Numbered from the stretch's first letter, positions 1 to 8,812 are shown. The stretch: 64,000 nucleotides of DNA from an uncultured virus (IMG/VR IMGVR_UViG_3300046537_000053) (IMGVR_UViG_3300046537_000053); one strand, 5' to 3'. Program-made: numbers and translations. Notes: a model not told the origin generated them from the sequence alone.

Positions 1-60
1 AACAAGCTGGATCCCCAGCTGTGGAAGAGGATCGGGCAAACCAACTACGCCCTGTCCTAA
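1..60 (+). CDS. 3' end of N4-like RNA polymerase II subunit (gp16-like), truncated by window edge
   Basis: Frame 1 reads NKLDPQLWKRIGQTNYALS*. An NYALS-type C-terminus and the position just before an Ig-like decoration gene match N4 gp16-gp17 order as I recall it. Confidence 0.65.
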   Translation, partial: NKLDPQLWKRIGQTNYALS

Positions 61-78
61 AATTACCAACTCTGATAC

Positions 79-126
79 TGTCCTCACTTCGCTTTTCAGC
101 GGAGTGGGGACATTTTTTTTTTTTTT
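79..126 (+). terminator. Intrinsic terminator with 14-T tract
   Basis: Stem TGTCCTCACTTCGCT/AGCGGAGTGGGGACA with TTTC loop, then T14 at 113-126. Confidence 0.8.
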
Positions 127-143
127 AGAGAGAGTCAACAATT

Positions 144-605
144 ATGCCTACCGTATTCGATGTGTTCAAGAAAGACAGCACCCGAGAGATCATTGTTCGT
201 GAAGACGGCGGCGCTACACCTGCTGGTTTCACCGCGTTCGGTACCTTTACCGATACCGACAATGATGCCGAGCTGCCGTTCCATTACGTCCGCGACCTGC
301 TGTTCAACGCAGGCGAGCTCGATCCCTCGAGCTGGTCGATCAAGCGATTGGCCACTGCGGTTGACGTCTCGCCGGCTACCACCACGCTCGACCTGAGCGA
401 CGGTGAAACGGTCCAGCTGGGCGTGAGCTTCACGCCTGCCCAGATTGCATCGCCGGCCTGCACCTATGTCAGCTCGGATCCGACCAAGGCGACCGTCAGC
501 GCCACTGGCCTGGTTACCCCGGTTGCCGCGGGTGCCACGACCATTACCGTTACCAATACCGCCTCGGGCAAGACCGACACTTGTGTCGTCACCGTCCAGG
601 CGTAA
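144..605 (+). CDS. Ig-like (Big_2-type) capsid decoration protein, N4 gp17-like position
   Basis: C-terminal Ig-like signature YVSSDPTKATVSATGLVTPVAAGATTITVT...CVVTV; flanked by terminators. Confidence 0.8.
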   Translation: MPTVFDVFKKDSTREIIVREDGGATPAGFTAFGTFTDTDNDAELPFHYVRDLLFNAGELDPSSWSIKRLATAVDVSPATTTLDLSDGETVQLGVSFTPAQIASPACTYVSSDPTKATVSATGLVTPVAAGATTITVTNTASGKTDTCVVTVQA

Positions 606-617
606 CACCGACTAATC

Positions 618-653
618 AGACCCCCATCTCTCCGGAGATGGGGGTCTTTTTTT
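618..653 (+). terminator. Intrinsic terminator
   Basis: AGACCCCCATCTC-TCCG-GAGATGGGGGTCT followed by T run. Confidence 0.9.
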
Positions 654-721
654 ATGCTACATTCCGACACTAGGATCTAAATTTAGGTCTAACCTACTTC
701 ATCTAGTGTTGGGGTCGCTTA

Positions 722-1051
722 ATGTCGGTATACAACAACATCTTTATCGGCTTCAGCTGGGCTCAGGAATTCCTGATCGACGACGCGGCCTTGCCCGACG
801 ACGAGACTCTCCGGGTCAGCTTCCGCCGCAACACCCAGACCCCACTCCTGGTCGACCTCACCGATGGTGCCGGGGTCGAACGCACCAGCACTGGCTTCAT
901 CCTCCGGATGACCGAGGAGCAAACTGCCACCCTGGTCCCAGGGCATGTCATCGGCGACGTCGCCACCGTCAAGGAAGGCGTTGATCGCCATCTCGGTGTC
1001 CGGATCACGGTTCCCGTGGTTCGCAGCACCACCGTCGCAATCGAAGAATAA
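722..1051 (+). CDS. Small beta-rich structural protein (BppU N-terminal-like adaptor)
   Basis: 109 aa, beta-strand pattern with LRMTEEQTATL resembling baseplate/fibre attachment domains; stop overlaps next start (TAATG). Confidence 0.55.
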   Translation: MSVYNNIFIGFSWAQEFLIDDAALPDDETLRVSFRRNTQTPLLVDLTDGAGVERTSTGFILRMTEEQTATLVPGHVIGDVATVKEGVDRHLGVRITVPVVRSTTVAIEE

Positions 1052-2013
1052 TGACGGACACCATCTCCCTCACCCAGGGCGAGCCGGTCAGCATCACATC
1101 GCTGCAGATCGAGCCAATCCTGATCGAGATCGAGGATCCCGCCCTCGAGATTACCGGCGTGGTCTCCACCCCGGTTACCATCACGCTGGGCGCCATTCCC
1201 GGACCGATCGGACCCAAGGGCGACGATGGCCTAAGCGCCTATCAGACAGCAGTCGCCAACGGCTTCGTTGGCACCGAGGTTGAATGGCTCGACTCGCTGA
1301 CCGATCATGTCCACGAGATCGAAGACGTTAATGGCCTACAGGAGGCCCTCGACGCCAAATCCGACAGTGATCATACCCATGATTACACCGGCGACTTCGC
1401 ACCGCTGAGCCACAACCACGACAGCCGCTATTACACCCAGACCCAGATCGACGTCCTGTTCGGCGACTTCAGCACCTCACTGGCGGGGATCTATTCCCCG
1501 ATTGCCCATACCCATGATTATAGCGGAGTCTTCGCGGCCCTCGGCCACACCCACGATTACACTGCGGTCTTCTCGCCGATCGCTCACACGCACGACTATT
1601 CCGGCGTGTTCGCTCCGCTGGCTCATGATCATGACACTCGCTACTATACCGACGCCGAAGTCGACGCTCTGCTGACGGCTCTGGCCGGCACGATCCCAAC
1701 CAACCGGGCACCGGATCTGCTGGTCCCCGGCACGATCAGCACCTCGACCTACAACACTCAGACCACTGATCGCTATACCGCCTACCTGGTCACTTACGCC
1801 GGTGACTGTGCCATCACACTCGACAGCGACGCTCCGATCGGAGCTCGCATTCGCTTCAAACAGATGCACGCCAGCGGCTTTCACTTTGTCGCCGGCGCCG
1901 GAATGACCCTTAACAGCCGCGACGCGGTCATCACCTCGGCGGGGCTCTACGCCGTCAGTGAGGCGTGGCGGATTTCTACGACCGAATGGTCAATCCTTGG
2001 AGATGTTGCATGA
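1051..2013 (+). CDS. Fibre-like protein with short collagen motif and HxH repeats
   Basis: GPIGPKGDDGLSAYQTAVANGFVGTEVEWLDSL motif typical of phage fibre proteins; seven HxH motifs; beta-rich C-terminal tip. Confidence 0.75.
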   Translation: MTDTISLTQGEPVSITSLQIEPILIEIEDPALEITGVVSTPVTITLGAIPGPIGPKGDDGLSAYQTAVANGFVGTEVEWLDSLTDHVHEIEDVNGLQEALDAKSDSDHTHDYTGDFAPLSHNHDSRYYTQTQIDVLFGDFSTSLAGIYSPIAHTHDYSGVFAALGHTHDYTAVFSPIAHTHDYSGVFAPLAHDHDTRYYTDAEVDALLTALAGTIPTNRAPDLLVPGTISTSTYNTQTTDRYTAYLVTYAGDCAITLDSDAPIGARIRFKQMHASGFHFVAGAGMTLNSRDAVITSAGLYAVSEAWRISTTEWSILGDVA

Positions 2014-3047
2014 GCTGGGACGTACTCGAAAGCCTGAATAGCTATACGGCTGTTTCCGGGGCTAATACGGGAATGAGCTCCAAATGGGCAATCCTACAGA
2101 CGGCTGGTACTGCCGTCTTTGATGCGACAGTTCTGCCCTGGGGATCCAGGATGATCCGACTCGACCAGGGTTCGGGCAGCAACACCCAATATCGTCGCGA
2201 CCGCGGCGCCAATCGCGCGGCTTTTGCCGACCATTTCTGGTTCTACACCAATACCTTGGTTAACTGGGGCTTTCACAGTTTCTACTGGGCAGCCGATGTC
2301 AACAGCTGTCAGATCGCATTGCAGCTTAATAGCGATGGCGCAATTCAGCTGATCAACGGCAATGGCAGCACCGTGCTCGCCACATCAGCAGCTGGCATTA
2401 TCGCTGCTGGTACGGCCTATCACATCTGCGTGGCAGCCACGGTTGCCAATTCGGGCGGCGCTTTCGAAGTCCGGGTCAATGGCAATGTCGTTCTTACCGG
2501 GACCGGTGACACCCAAAACACCGCCAATGCCTATTCATCATCATTCCACATCTGGTGTCCGGACACGGTCGGCACCACGCTCAACACCTGGTTCGGTGAA
2601 CATGCCTGCTGGTCGACCAATGCCTACCAGGGCATGATCAAATCCAAGCGCAAGGCACTCACCGCCAGCCCGACCCAGGGCTGGAACCGCTCAACCGGGG
2701 CCGATAACTATGCCCTGGTCGACGAAGCTGTTGTTTCGACGCTCGATTATGTCGATGCCACTGCCAATGGCACGGTCGACGCTTACACCACGGCTGACAT
2801 CGATACCGGTGCAGCCGCGATTGTGGCTGTCCGGATCGGCGGCTATGGCCGCTCAACCGACAGCTCGGTTCGAAGTGTCAACCTCCAGTGCATCTCCGGG
2901 GCAACCACCTCGGACGGGTCCAATATACCACTTCAGATTTCAACCAATCCGATCGAACGGATCCTCGAGACCGACCCCAACACCTCGGCAGCATGGAGCG
3001 TCGCCGCGGCTGAGACCTTTGATATCGGCCTGAAGCTGGCAGCGTGA
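2010..3047 (+). CDS. Putative virion protein with ConA/lectin-like beta-sandwich
   Basis: ATG at 2010 overlaps upstream stop (ATGA); Ser/Thr/Gly/Ala-rich beta pattern such as AYHICVAATV...FEVRVNGNVVL. Confidence 0.6.
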   Translation: MSWDVLESLNSYTAVSGANTGMSSKWAILQTAGTAVFDATVLPWGSRMIRLDQGSGSNTQYRRDRGANRAAFADHFWFYTNTLVNWGFHSFYWAADVNSCQIALQLNSDGAIQLINGNGSTVLATSAAGIIAAGTAYHICVAATVANSGGAFEVRVNGNVVLTGTGDTQNTANAYSSSFHIWCPDTVGTTLNTWFGEHACWSTNAYQGMIKSKRKALTASPTQGWNRSTGADNYALVDEAVVSTLDYVDATANGTVDAYTTADIDTGAAAIVAVRIGGYGRSTDSSVRSVNLQCISGATTSDGSNIPLQISTNPIERILETDPNTSAAWSVAAAETFDIGLKLAA

Positions 3048-3994
3048 GTGTAATTCCTTCCCTCTACGCCAAGGGCACGGCCACCGCGCCTACGGCGGCG
3101 GGAGTGGTCGATGCACCCAACAGCGTGGCCCATCCGCCTCGCCGATTGCTGCTGCTCGCGATCCAGACGGCCAACCAGGCGTTGCCGTCATTGGCCGACA
3201 ATGCTGGCAACGCTTCAGCCTGGACCTTGGTCCCCAGTGCCGATGTAAACAATGGCGGCACAGCTGCCGTAGCCGGTTCGATCCGGGCCTACCTCTATTA
3301 CAAATGGGGCACTGGCGACACGCTCGCCAAGGACCAGGCCCTGATGGGCGACAGCGGCGATCACCAATATGGCCAGATCTTCGCGTTCGATGACGTCGAT
3401 CGCTCAGATCCATTCGGTGTCGTGGCAACCTCAACCCAGGCAACGACCACTTCGGTGGTCATGCCGGGCTGCACCACCGACCAGAACAACGCCCTGGCCT
3501 GCTTCTTCACCTATTTCAGCCGTGACCTGGCCTCGACCGCCAATTACAGCGCCCAGGCCAATGCCGGGCTGACCTCGGTCACCGAACAGCACGATCAGAC
3601 CAGTGCTGCGGGCGTTGGCGGCGGCATTGGTCTCACTACCGGTATCAAGGCCACCGCTGGCGCTACTGGCAACTGCACCGCAACGGGTGCGGTCAGCCAG
3701 ACTATGGCCCACATCAGTGTCGGCCTGAACCCCGACGCCAGCCGGGCAATCATCGAACAGGTTGACGCCGAAGTCTGGTCAATCACCGGCACCGCCAGCG
3801 ATGGCAGCAAGGCCGAGATCCAGCAGCTCGAAGCCGAGCTGTGGTACACCCAGGAGAATTCCGGCCGCGTTTATCAACTTGAGGCCGAAGTCTGGTACTC
3901 ACACGAGGCCTCAGCACGTCTTTACCAACTCGAAGCCGAGGTCTGGTACAAAGACAGTTCTGGCTCTGGCCGACGTCGCTCGAGCTTGATGTAA
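3044..3994 (+). CDS. Putative virion/appendage protein with C-terminal QLEAEVW repeats
   Basis: GTG start overlaps upstream TGA; Ala/Thr-rich beta domain; four C-terminal repeats. Confidence 0.65.
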   Translation: MSVIPSLYAKGTATAPTAAGVVDAPNSVAHPPRRLLLLAIQTANQALPSLADNAGNASAWTLVPSADVNNGGTAAVAGSIRAYLYYKWGTGDTLAKDQALMGDSGDHQYGQIFAFDDVDRSDPFGVVATSTQATTTSVVMPGCTTDQNNALACFFTYFSRDLASTANYSAQANAGLTSVTEQHDQTSAAGVGGGIGLTTGIKATAGATGNCTATGAVSQTMAHISVGLNPDASRAIIEQVDAEVWSITGTASDGSKAEIQQLEAELWYTQENSGRVYQLEAEVWYSHEASARLYQLEAEVWYKDSSGSGRRRSSLM

Positions 3995-4046
3995 CCCAAA
4001 ATATAGATATAACTCACCACACCGAAACAACCCGGAGTGGGGAATT

Positions 4047-4295
4047 ATGAGCTACAATCTCGGATCGTTTAATCAGAATGGCCAAATCGGCGAAGACCAG
4101 GCAGCGGATGCTGCTGCAGAAGTAGCCGGCGAGCCGGTAGCGGAAGTCGCCGTCGACGAAGCGGCGCCAGCCGCTGAGGAAGACGAAGCGAACGACGCGG
4201 ACGGCGACGGCCATGACGATGAAACCGGCGAATTCGTCGAAGGTAATCAGGAAGCCGCGGCTCCTCCGGCTGCCCCGGTGGGTGACGAGGCCTAA
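4047..4295 (+). CDS. Highly acidic 82-aa protein with no Lys/Arg
   Basis: RBS GGAGTGGGGA before ATG; about 23 Asp/Glu residues. Confidence 0.75.
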   Translation: MSYNLGSFNQNGQIGEDQAADAAAEVAGEPVAEVAVDEAAPAAEEDEANDADGDGHDDETGEFVEGNQEAAAPPAAPVGDEA

Positions 4296-4405
4296 AGGGG
4301 AATTCACCCGTCACGCTTTGGTTGGTTCATGACTCTCACGCATGGTCATCAACCGATCAGAGGGAGGCGGAACATGAAATAGTCCCTAATCAGGACGACC
4401 CCCTT
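4294..4405 (+). ncRNA. Candidate structured RNA in 3' UTR
   Basis: Closing stem AAAGGGG/CCCCTTT encloses a long imperfect hairpin (4307-4370) and GTCC/GGAC hairpin. Confidence 0.4.
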
Positions 4406-4412
4406 TTGAAGA

Positions 4413-4448
4413 GTGCCCCCGGTCCAGGAAAGGCCGGGGGCATTTTTT
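4413..4448 (+). terminator. Intrinsic terminator
   Basis: GTGCCCCCGGTC/GGCCGGGGGCAT stem followed by T run. Confidence 0.85.
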
Positions 4449-4476
4449 ATGGTTTTCACTTAACCCCGAGGCTATC

Positions 4477-5088
4477 ATGAACAAAGCCAATGTTGTCGTC
4501 AGCCGCTCACCGGGCGGCTCGCTCGCCATCGATATCCACAAGTCCCAGCTGCCACCCGCCTTCGAAGGCAGAAAGCTGGCCTTATCCGGACCAACCGTGC
4601 TCGAAAGCGGGGAAATGGTCCTGATGCTCACCCTGCGTCGCAAGCAGAAGGGCCTGGCCCCGATGTTCGCCACCAATACCCGCCATATCACCCAGCGGGA
4701 TCGTCTGATCACCCGCTTCTCCGTCAAGCGGAACACCGCCCTGATGGCTCAGCTACCGTTTGGCATGACCGCTTGCGAGCTCACTGCCAACAGCACCCGC
4801 ATGGAAATCACCGTGCCGGCCCCTGAGGACCGCACCAAGGCGATCTACAAGAATGAATATCGCGCCTTGGATCCCGATCGCCGGCCCCGTACCGTGCAGG
4901 AGATCGTCGAAGAAGCTACGGCAGTGCCGGAGTCCGAGGATGTCGCTCTCACTCCCAAGACTGCCAGGGATATCCTGTGTGCCGCAATTTGCCGCGTCAA
5001 TGAGCACATAGGACCCGACGACCGCCTGTTCATCAACCCTGAAAATGGCAGACTGGGCGTTGAATTTATCGCCCGCTTCGGAGGCTGA
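4477..5088 (+). CDS. Hypothetical protein
   Basis: 203-aa ORF with GAGG RBS and phage-like codon bias. Confidence 0.8.
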   Translation: MNKANVVVSRSPGGSLAIDIHKSQLPPAFEGRKLALSGPTVLESGEMVLMLTLRRKQKGLAPMFATNTRHITQRDRLITRFSVKRNTALMAQLPFGMTACELTANSTRMEITVPAPEDRTKAIYKNEYRALDPDRRPRTVQEIVEEATAVPESEDVALTPKTARDILCAAICRVNEHIGPDDRLFINPENGRLGVEFIARFGG

Positions 5089-5089
5089 C

Positions 5090-5287
5090 ATGCTTGCCCG
5101 CCCCCGCGTGCTGATCCGATGGGATCCCACCAACCGCAGCGAAGACGATGTCGAGGAATATACCTTCGACACTCGCCACGAGCTTGATGCCTTCATGGAA
5201 GGCGTTGCCGCGGCCGAGGACAATGGCCTCGTCGATTACGAAGTGATCTACGACAGCCGAGAGGATCCCGATGCCCCGCAAGACTGA
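5090..5287 (+). CDS. Small acidic hypothetical protein
   Basis: GGAGG RBS before ATG 5090; follows upstream stop directly. Confidence 0.75.
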   Translation: MLARPRVLIRWDPTNRSEDDVEEYTFDTRHELDAFMEGVAAAEDNGLVDYEVIYDSREDPDAPQD

Positions 5288-5507
5288 CCCCTATGCTGGC
5301 TTGGCTCAAAGCTACTTGATCGACCCTCGCCCGGTCGAATACTGGAATGTCCAGGTCAAGCCTGGCTCCCGTTATGGCTGGACCAGCTGCACCCGCTACA
5401 GCAACAAGGTCAAAGCCGATCGCGATCTGCGTAGCACTCAAAGCTGGATCCGGAACACGCCTAGCACCACCAAGCGGGTTTTTCGCATCGTGGCCCACAT
5501 CAATTAA
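5271..5507 (+). CDS. Small basic hypothetical protein
   Basis: GAGGA RBS; tiled with neighbours. Confidence 0.7.
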   Translation: MPRKTDPYAGLAQSYLIDPRPVEYWNVQVKPGSRYGWTSCTRYSNKVKADRDLRSTQSWIRNTPSTTKRVFRIVAHIN

Positions 5508-5518
5508 GGACCCCGACC

Positions 5519-5770
5519 ATGTACCACCACATCGCCCGAGGTCTGACCGACCTGGCTCGAAGCCTGCGAGTCAGCCGCTTCCGTAAACTCACCCCTAATG
5601 AGATTGACCTGATAGAACAGGGCGGTCTCAAGCTGGCAGCTACGCTCGATGCTCTCGAGCTCAGCCGACAGTCCAACCAGCTGCTGCAGCGTCAACTCGA
5701 CCGGCTCAAGGAGCTGGTCCCCGAGGACACTATGCAGATCCTGCTTTCTGGAACTGAAAATGTCCCGTAA
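5519..5770 (+). CDS. Hypothetical coiled-coil protein
   Basis: AAGGA RBS; heptad-like LELSRQSNQLLQRQLDRLKEL. Confidence 0.75.
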   Translation: MYHHIARGLTDLARSLRVSRFRKLTPNEIDLIEQGGLKLAATLDALELSRQSNQLLQRQLDRLKELVPEDTMQILLSGTENVP

Positions 5771-6020
5771 GTCGAAGAAGGTCTCGCATTATGAGATCGA
5801 GGGCAACTTCCCAGTCGGCCACGTCATGGCCCTCCAACGCCAACACCCGAGCCAATGGCACCGGGATTGGCGCTGCTGGCACCAGGAAGTTCACCTGCGG
5901 GATGCCCGCAACACGCTCAGGGCCGGCAGCTATCTCAAGCACCGGACCTGTCCCATCAGCTACAGCGAGCTGCGACTGGTCGCGGTCTCGCATGACGGTA
6001 CAAGGACGGTGATCAAATGA
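5760..6020 (+). CDS. Hypothetical protein
   Basis: ATG 5760 overlapping upstream gene end; tiled ORF. Confidence 0.65.
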   Translation: MSRKSKKVSHYEIEGNFPVGHVMALQRQHPSQWHRDWRCWHQEVHLRDARNTLRAGSYLKHRTCPISYSELRLVAVSHDGTRTVIK

Positions 6021-6382
6021 CTCAGAAATTTCCGGATCGTCTCTCCCTTGGCACCAGCCATTCCACCACCCGCTATGAACTACACGTCCAATTCGACGAT
6101 GAAGAGGGCGAAGATGGTAAAAGCTGGTACGTTTGGTCCAATCGGGCCAGTCTCAAATCCGTTCAACAGCTGAAAAAGCGGTGGGATGCTGGTCGCATCG
6201 GTGGCTACAACCCTGGCAGTGGCAGCTATGGCCTAATCAAGGGCCATCCTTGCCGTATTGTCGTCGTCAGCGAAAACCGTCGATTGATCGGCGACCCTGC
6301 TGCAGTAAAGGACATTCCCGATGTTCCCCAAGCCATCAAATCAGCTGCCGAACAACATCGTCATTCCAGTTTCCTTGACTGA
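6017..6382 (+). CDS. Hypothetical protein
   Basis: ATGA overlap with upstream stop; RBS AAGGA. Confidence 0.7.
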   Translation: MTQKFPDRLSLGTSHSTTRYELHVQFDDEEGEDGKSWYVWSNRASLKSVQQLKKRWDAGRIGGYNPGSGSYGLIKGHPCRIVVVSENRRLIGDPAAVKDIPDVPQAIKSAAEQHRHSSFLD

Positions 6383-6731
6383 GGAAGAGTGGCGCGAACG
6401 GTTCCAACCGAACAAGAACCAATTCGACCCCAATGCCAACTATGGTGGCACACTCTTCGACATTGGTGGAGCTGAGTATGACTTCATTAAATCCGTTTGG
6501 GCAGATAGCCCTAATTCCATCTGGACGCTTCTTGAGTGCGACGGCCAGTGGACCATTGTCTCCGGGTGGCACTTCGTCAATCGGATCGGCTACTTCTTCT
6601 GCTCCGTCCCCTTCGCAGATCATGAAGACTTTGAAGTCCCTGACGACATCGACACCGACGATGGCGGAGATGAGCCTGACGAAGCAGATGACGAAGCTCC
6701 TGAACCGGCACGGCCGGTATCGGAGGGTTAA
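6321..6731 (+). CDS. Conserved phage hypothetical protein with acidic tail
   Basis: AAGGA RBS; IWTLLE...GWHFVNRIGYF pattern that I recall from phage hypothetical proteins. Confidence 0.7.
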   Translation: MFPKPSNQLPNNIVIPVSLTEEEWRERFQPNKNQFDPNANYGGTLFDIGGAEYDFIKSVWADSPNSIWTLLECDGQWTIVSGWHFVNRIGYFFCSVPFADHEDFEVPDDIDTDDGGDEPDEADDEAPEPARPVSEG

Positions 6732-7161
6732 CGTCGTGTCCGGGGTCCAATGGAACCACAACGACGTCGCTGCCTCCCGGAAATATGCCGAGGAACGAGC
6801 CGGCGCCAGCCTGCTGGGCTATCTCTATCGCTTCGAATGGGACCGCTCCTATGAGCGGCTCAATCTGATCGCCTATAAGATCACCAAGAAGACACCCAAG
6901 GGCTGGAAAATCTACCTGGGCGGGATCTCCGGAACCAAGCAGATCATGGAAGGGACGATGCGAAAGTTCGCCGCCCCGACCATCGAGGCCGCCCTGGAAA
7001 GCTACAAGCGTCGCAAGACCAGCTACGTCCACATCCTCGAGAGCCACCTGATGCAGGCCAAGCAGTCACTTGAGGCTGCCAGCCTGCCCGAGGCTTTCCC
7101 CAAACATAACCCGGAGAAGAAGCTCCGCTACTTCATCGGCGAAGAGGAATTCGCATCATGA
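6661..7161 (+). CDS. Basic hypothetical protein (start uncertain: 6661/6670/6688)
   Basis: YKITKKTPKGWKI...RKFAAPTIEAALESYKRRK pattern; stop overlaps next ATG. Confidence 0.7.
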   Translation: MAEMSLTKQMTKLLNRHGRYRRVNVVSGVQWNHNDVAASRKYAEERAGASLLGYLYRFEWDRSYERLNLIAYKITKKTPKGWKIYLGGISGTKQIMEGTMRKFAAPTIEAALESYKRRKTSYVHILESHLMQAKQSLEAASLPEAFPKHNPEKKLRYFIGEEEFAS

Positions 7162-7679
7162 AATTCTATCTCGCTCTCGACAGCGAAGGGCGCAAGCAAC
7201 TTCGCGGCACCCAGGACGACATCAAGCTCGTTAACCGCAAGGACTTTGAGGTCGTGGATATCCCGACCGACAAGGCCGGGCTGATGGCCCTGGTTCAGGA
7301 TAGCTTCAACGCCATCTTCGCCCTCGAACAGCAGCTCAAGGGTGTCACCCCTGACGCGACAGTCGACACTTCCGATATCCCGGAAGCTGGAGAGGAATTT
7401 TTCGAAACAGCGACGCTCCGCCTGCCTTCCGCTCTCCCGGCGCCTGCGGCGCCTGAGCCCGGCGAGGCGTCGCTGTCGGCCAGGGACAGGAAAGAGCCCT
7501 GTCCCCGCTGCAAACTGAACATCGACCAGGCCAGGAACCATGTCGCCACATGGCTGAAGCTGGCCCAGCAGGACGCAATCGAGGCCTTTGTTCTGGATGC
7601 CGACTGGGCATTGCTTGGCACTATCGCCGGCAATGTCGCCTTTCGGTTCCAGAAAATGGCCGAGCAAAAAGACCAATAA
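7158..7679 (+). CDS. Hypothetical protein
   Basis: GAGGA RBS; 173 aa; single CPRC motif. Confidence 0.75.
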   Translation: MKFYLALDSEGRKQLRGTQDDIKLVNRKDFEVVDIPTDKAGLMALVQDSFNAIFALEQQLKGVTPDATVDTSDIPEAGEEFFETATLRLPSALPAPAAPEPGEASLSARDRKEPCPRCKLNIDQARNHVATWLKLAQQDAIEAFVLDADWALLGTIAGNVAFRFQKMAEQKDQ

Positions 7680-7711
7680 CCTCAACCTCCTACCCCGAGA
7701 AGGACCCAATC

Positions 7712-8803
7712 ATGAGTGAGCACGCTCAGGAAATCTATCGCTGCACCCCACGCCAGGTGCGGGAATTTGTGACCGACTGCATCCAGGCCAACCTGGTGCC
7801 GTTCGTTCAGAGCTCGCCCGGCATGGGCAAGAGCTCAATCGTCAGCCAGGTCGCCGATCATTGGGGCTTGCACCTGATCGATCATCGACTCAGTACCAGC
7901 CAACCTGAAGATTTGTCAGGCTTGCCTGACTTCTACACCGACTCAGCTGGACATCGCCGGGCTACTTTCAGCCCGTTCGACATTTTCCCGCTGACCAATA
8001 CCCCGATCCCAGACGGCAAGAACGGCTGGCTGATCTTCCTCGACGAGGCCAACTCGGCCGACAAACTGGTCCAGGCCGCCAGCTACAAGCTGGTGCTCGA
8101 CAAGATGGTCGGCCAGCAGAAGCTGCACCCGCACGTTCGACTGGCCATGGCCGGTAACCTCAGTACCGACCGGGCTATCGTCACCATGCTCAGCACCGCC
8201 ATGCAGAGCCGTGTCATCCACATCGAGATGATCATCAACTTCCAGGAGTGGCTCGAGGACGTCGCGATCGCCCAGTCGTATGACGAGCGGATCGTCGCCT
8301 ATCACATGCACACCAAGGGTGCGAAGCTGATGGACTTCCGTCCTGACCACCAGGAGAAGACCTTCTGTTGCCCGCGGACCTGGGAATTCATGAACAGCCA
8401 CATCAAGGGCAAGGAATTCTCGACCAACGAGGACGGCGTCTTCTCGATGGATCGCAAGACCCCGCTCTATGCCGGTACCATCACCTCGGGCGAAGCCGCC
8501 AGCTTCGTCCAATTCTGCCGGGTCCGGGAGACCATCGTCTCGATCGAGGACGTGCTCCGCGATCCCAAGAACTGCTCGGTCCCCAAGGACTCGGGCGGAA
8601 AGTGGATGGTTATCAGCCACTTGGCGCTCAATATCGACGACAAGAACGTCACCGATCTGTGCGTCTATGCCAACCGCTTCGACATGCAGTACAAGGTGCT
8701 GTTCTTCCGCACCATGCTGATCAAGCATCCGGAGCTGCGACAGCACCCGGCCTTCGCCAAGGCGATGGTGGAACTGAACCAGTATCTCAACGCTCCGGCG
8801 TAA
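7712..8803 (+). CDS. MoxR-like AAA+ ATPase (N4 gp24-like)
   Basis: Walker A SSPGMGKS, Walker B LIFLDE, AGN sensor, AMQSR finger; AAGGA RBS before ATG 7712. Confidence 0.9.
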   Translation: MSEHAQEIYRCTPRQVREFVTDCIQANLVPFVQSSPGMGKSSIVSQVADHWGLHLIDHRLSTSQPEDLSGLPDFYTDSAGHRRATFSPFDIFPLTNTPIPDGKNGWLIFLDEANSADKLVQAASYKLVLDKMVGQQKLHPHVRLAMAGNLSTDRAIVTMLSTAMQSRVIHIEMIINFQEWLEDVAIAQSYDERIVAYHMHTKGAKLMDFRPDHQEKTFCCPRTWEFMNSHIKGKEFSTNEDGVFSMDRKTPLYAGTITSGEAASFVQFCRVRETIVSIEDVLRDPKNCSVPKDSGGKWMVISHLALNIDDKNVTDLCVYANRFDMQYKVLFFRTMLIKHPELRQHPAFAKAMVELNQYLNAPA

Positions 8804-8812
8804 GGAGGTCCC

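Noticed and set aside
1372..1650. DNA repeats as possible CRISPR array or DGR template/variable pair
   Set aside because: In-frame coding repeats with synonymous divergence; no spacers, no adenine-specific pattern, no reverse transcriptase in the window.
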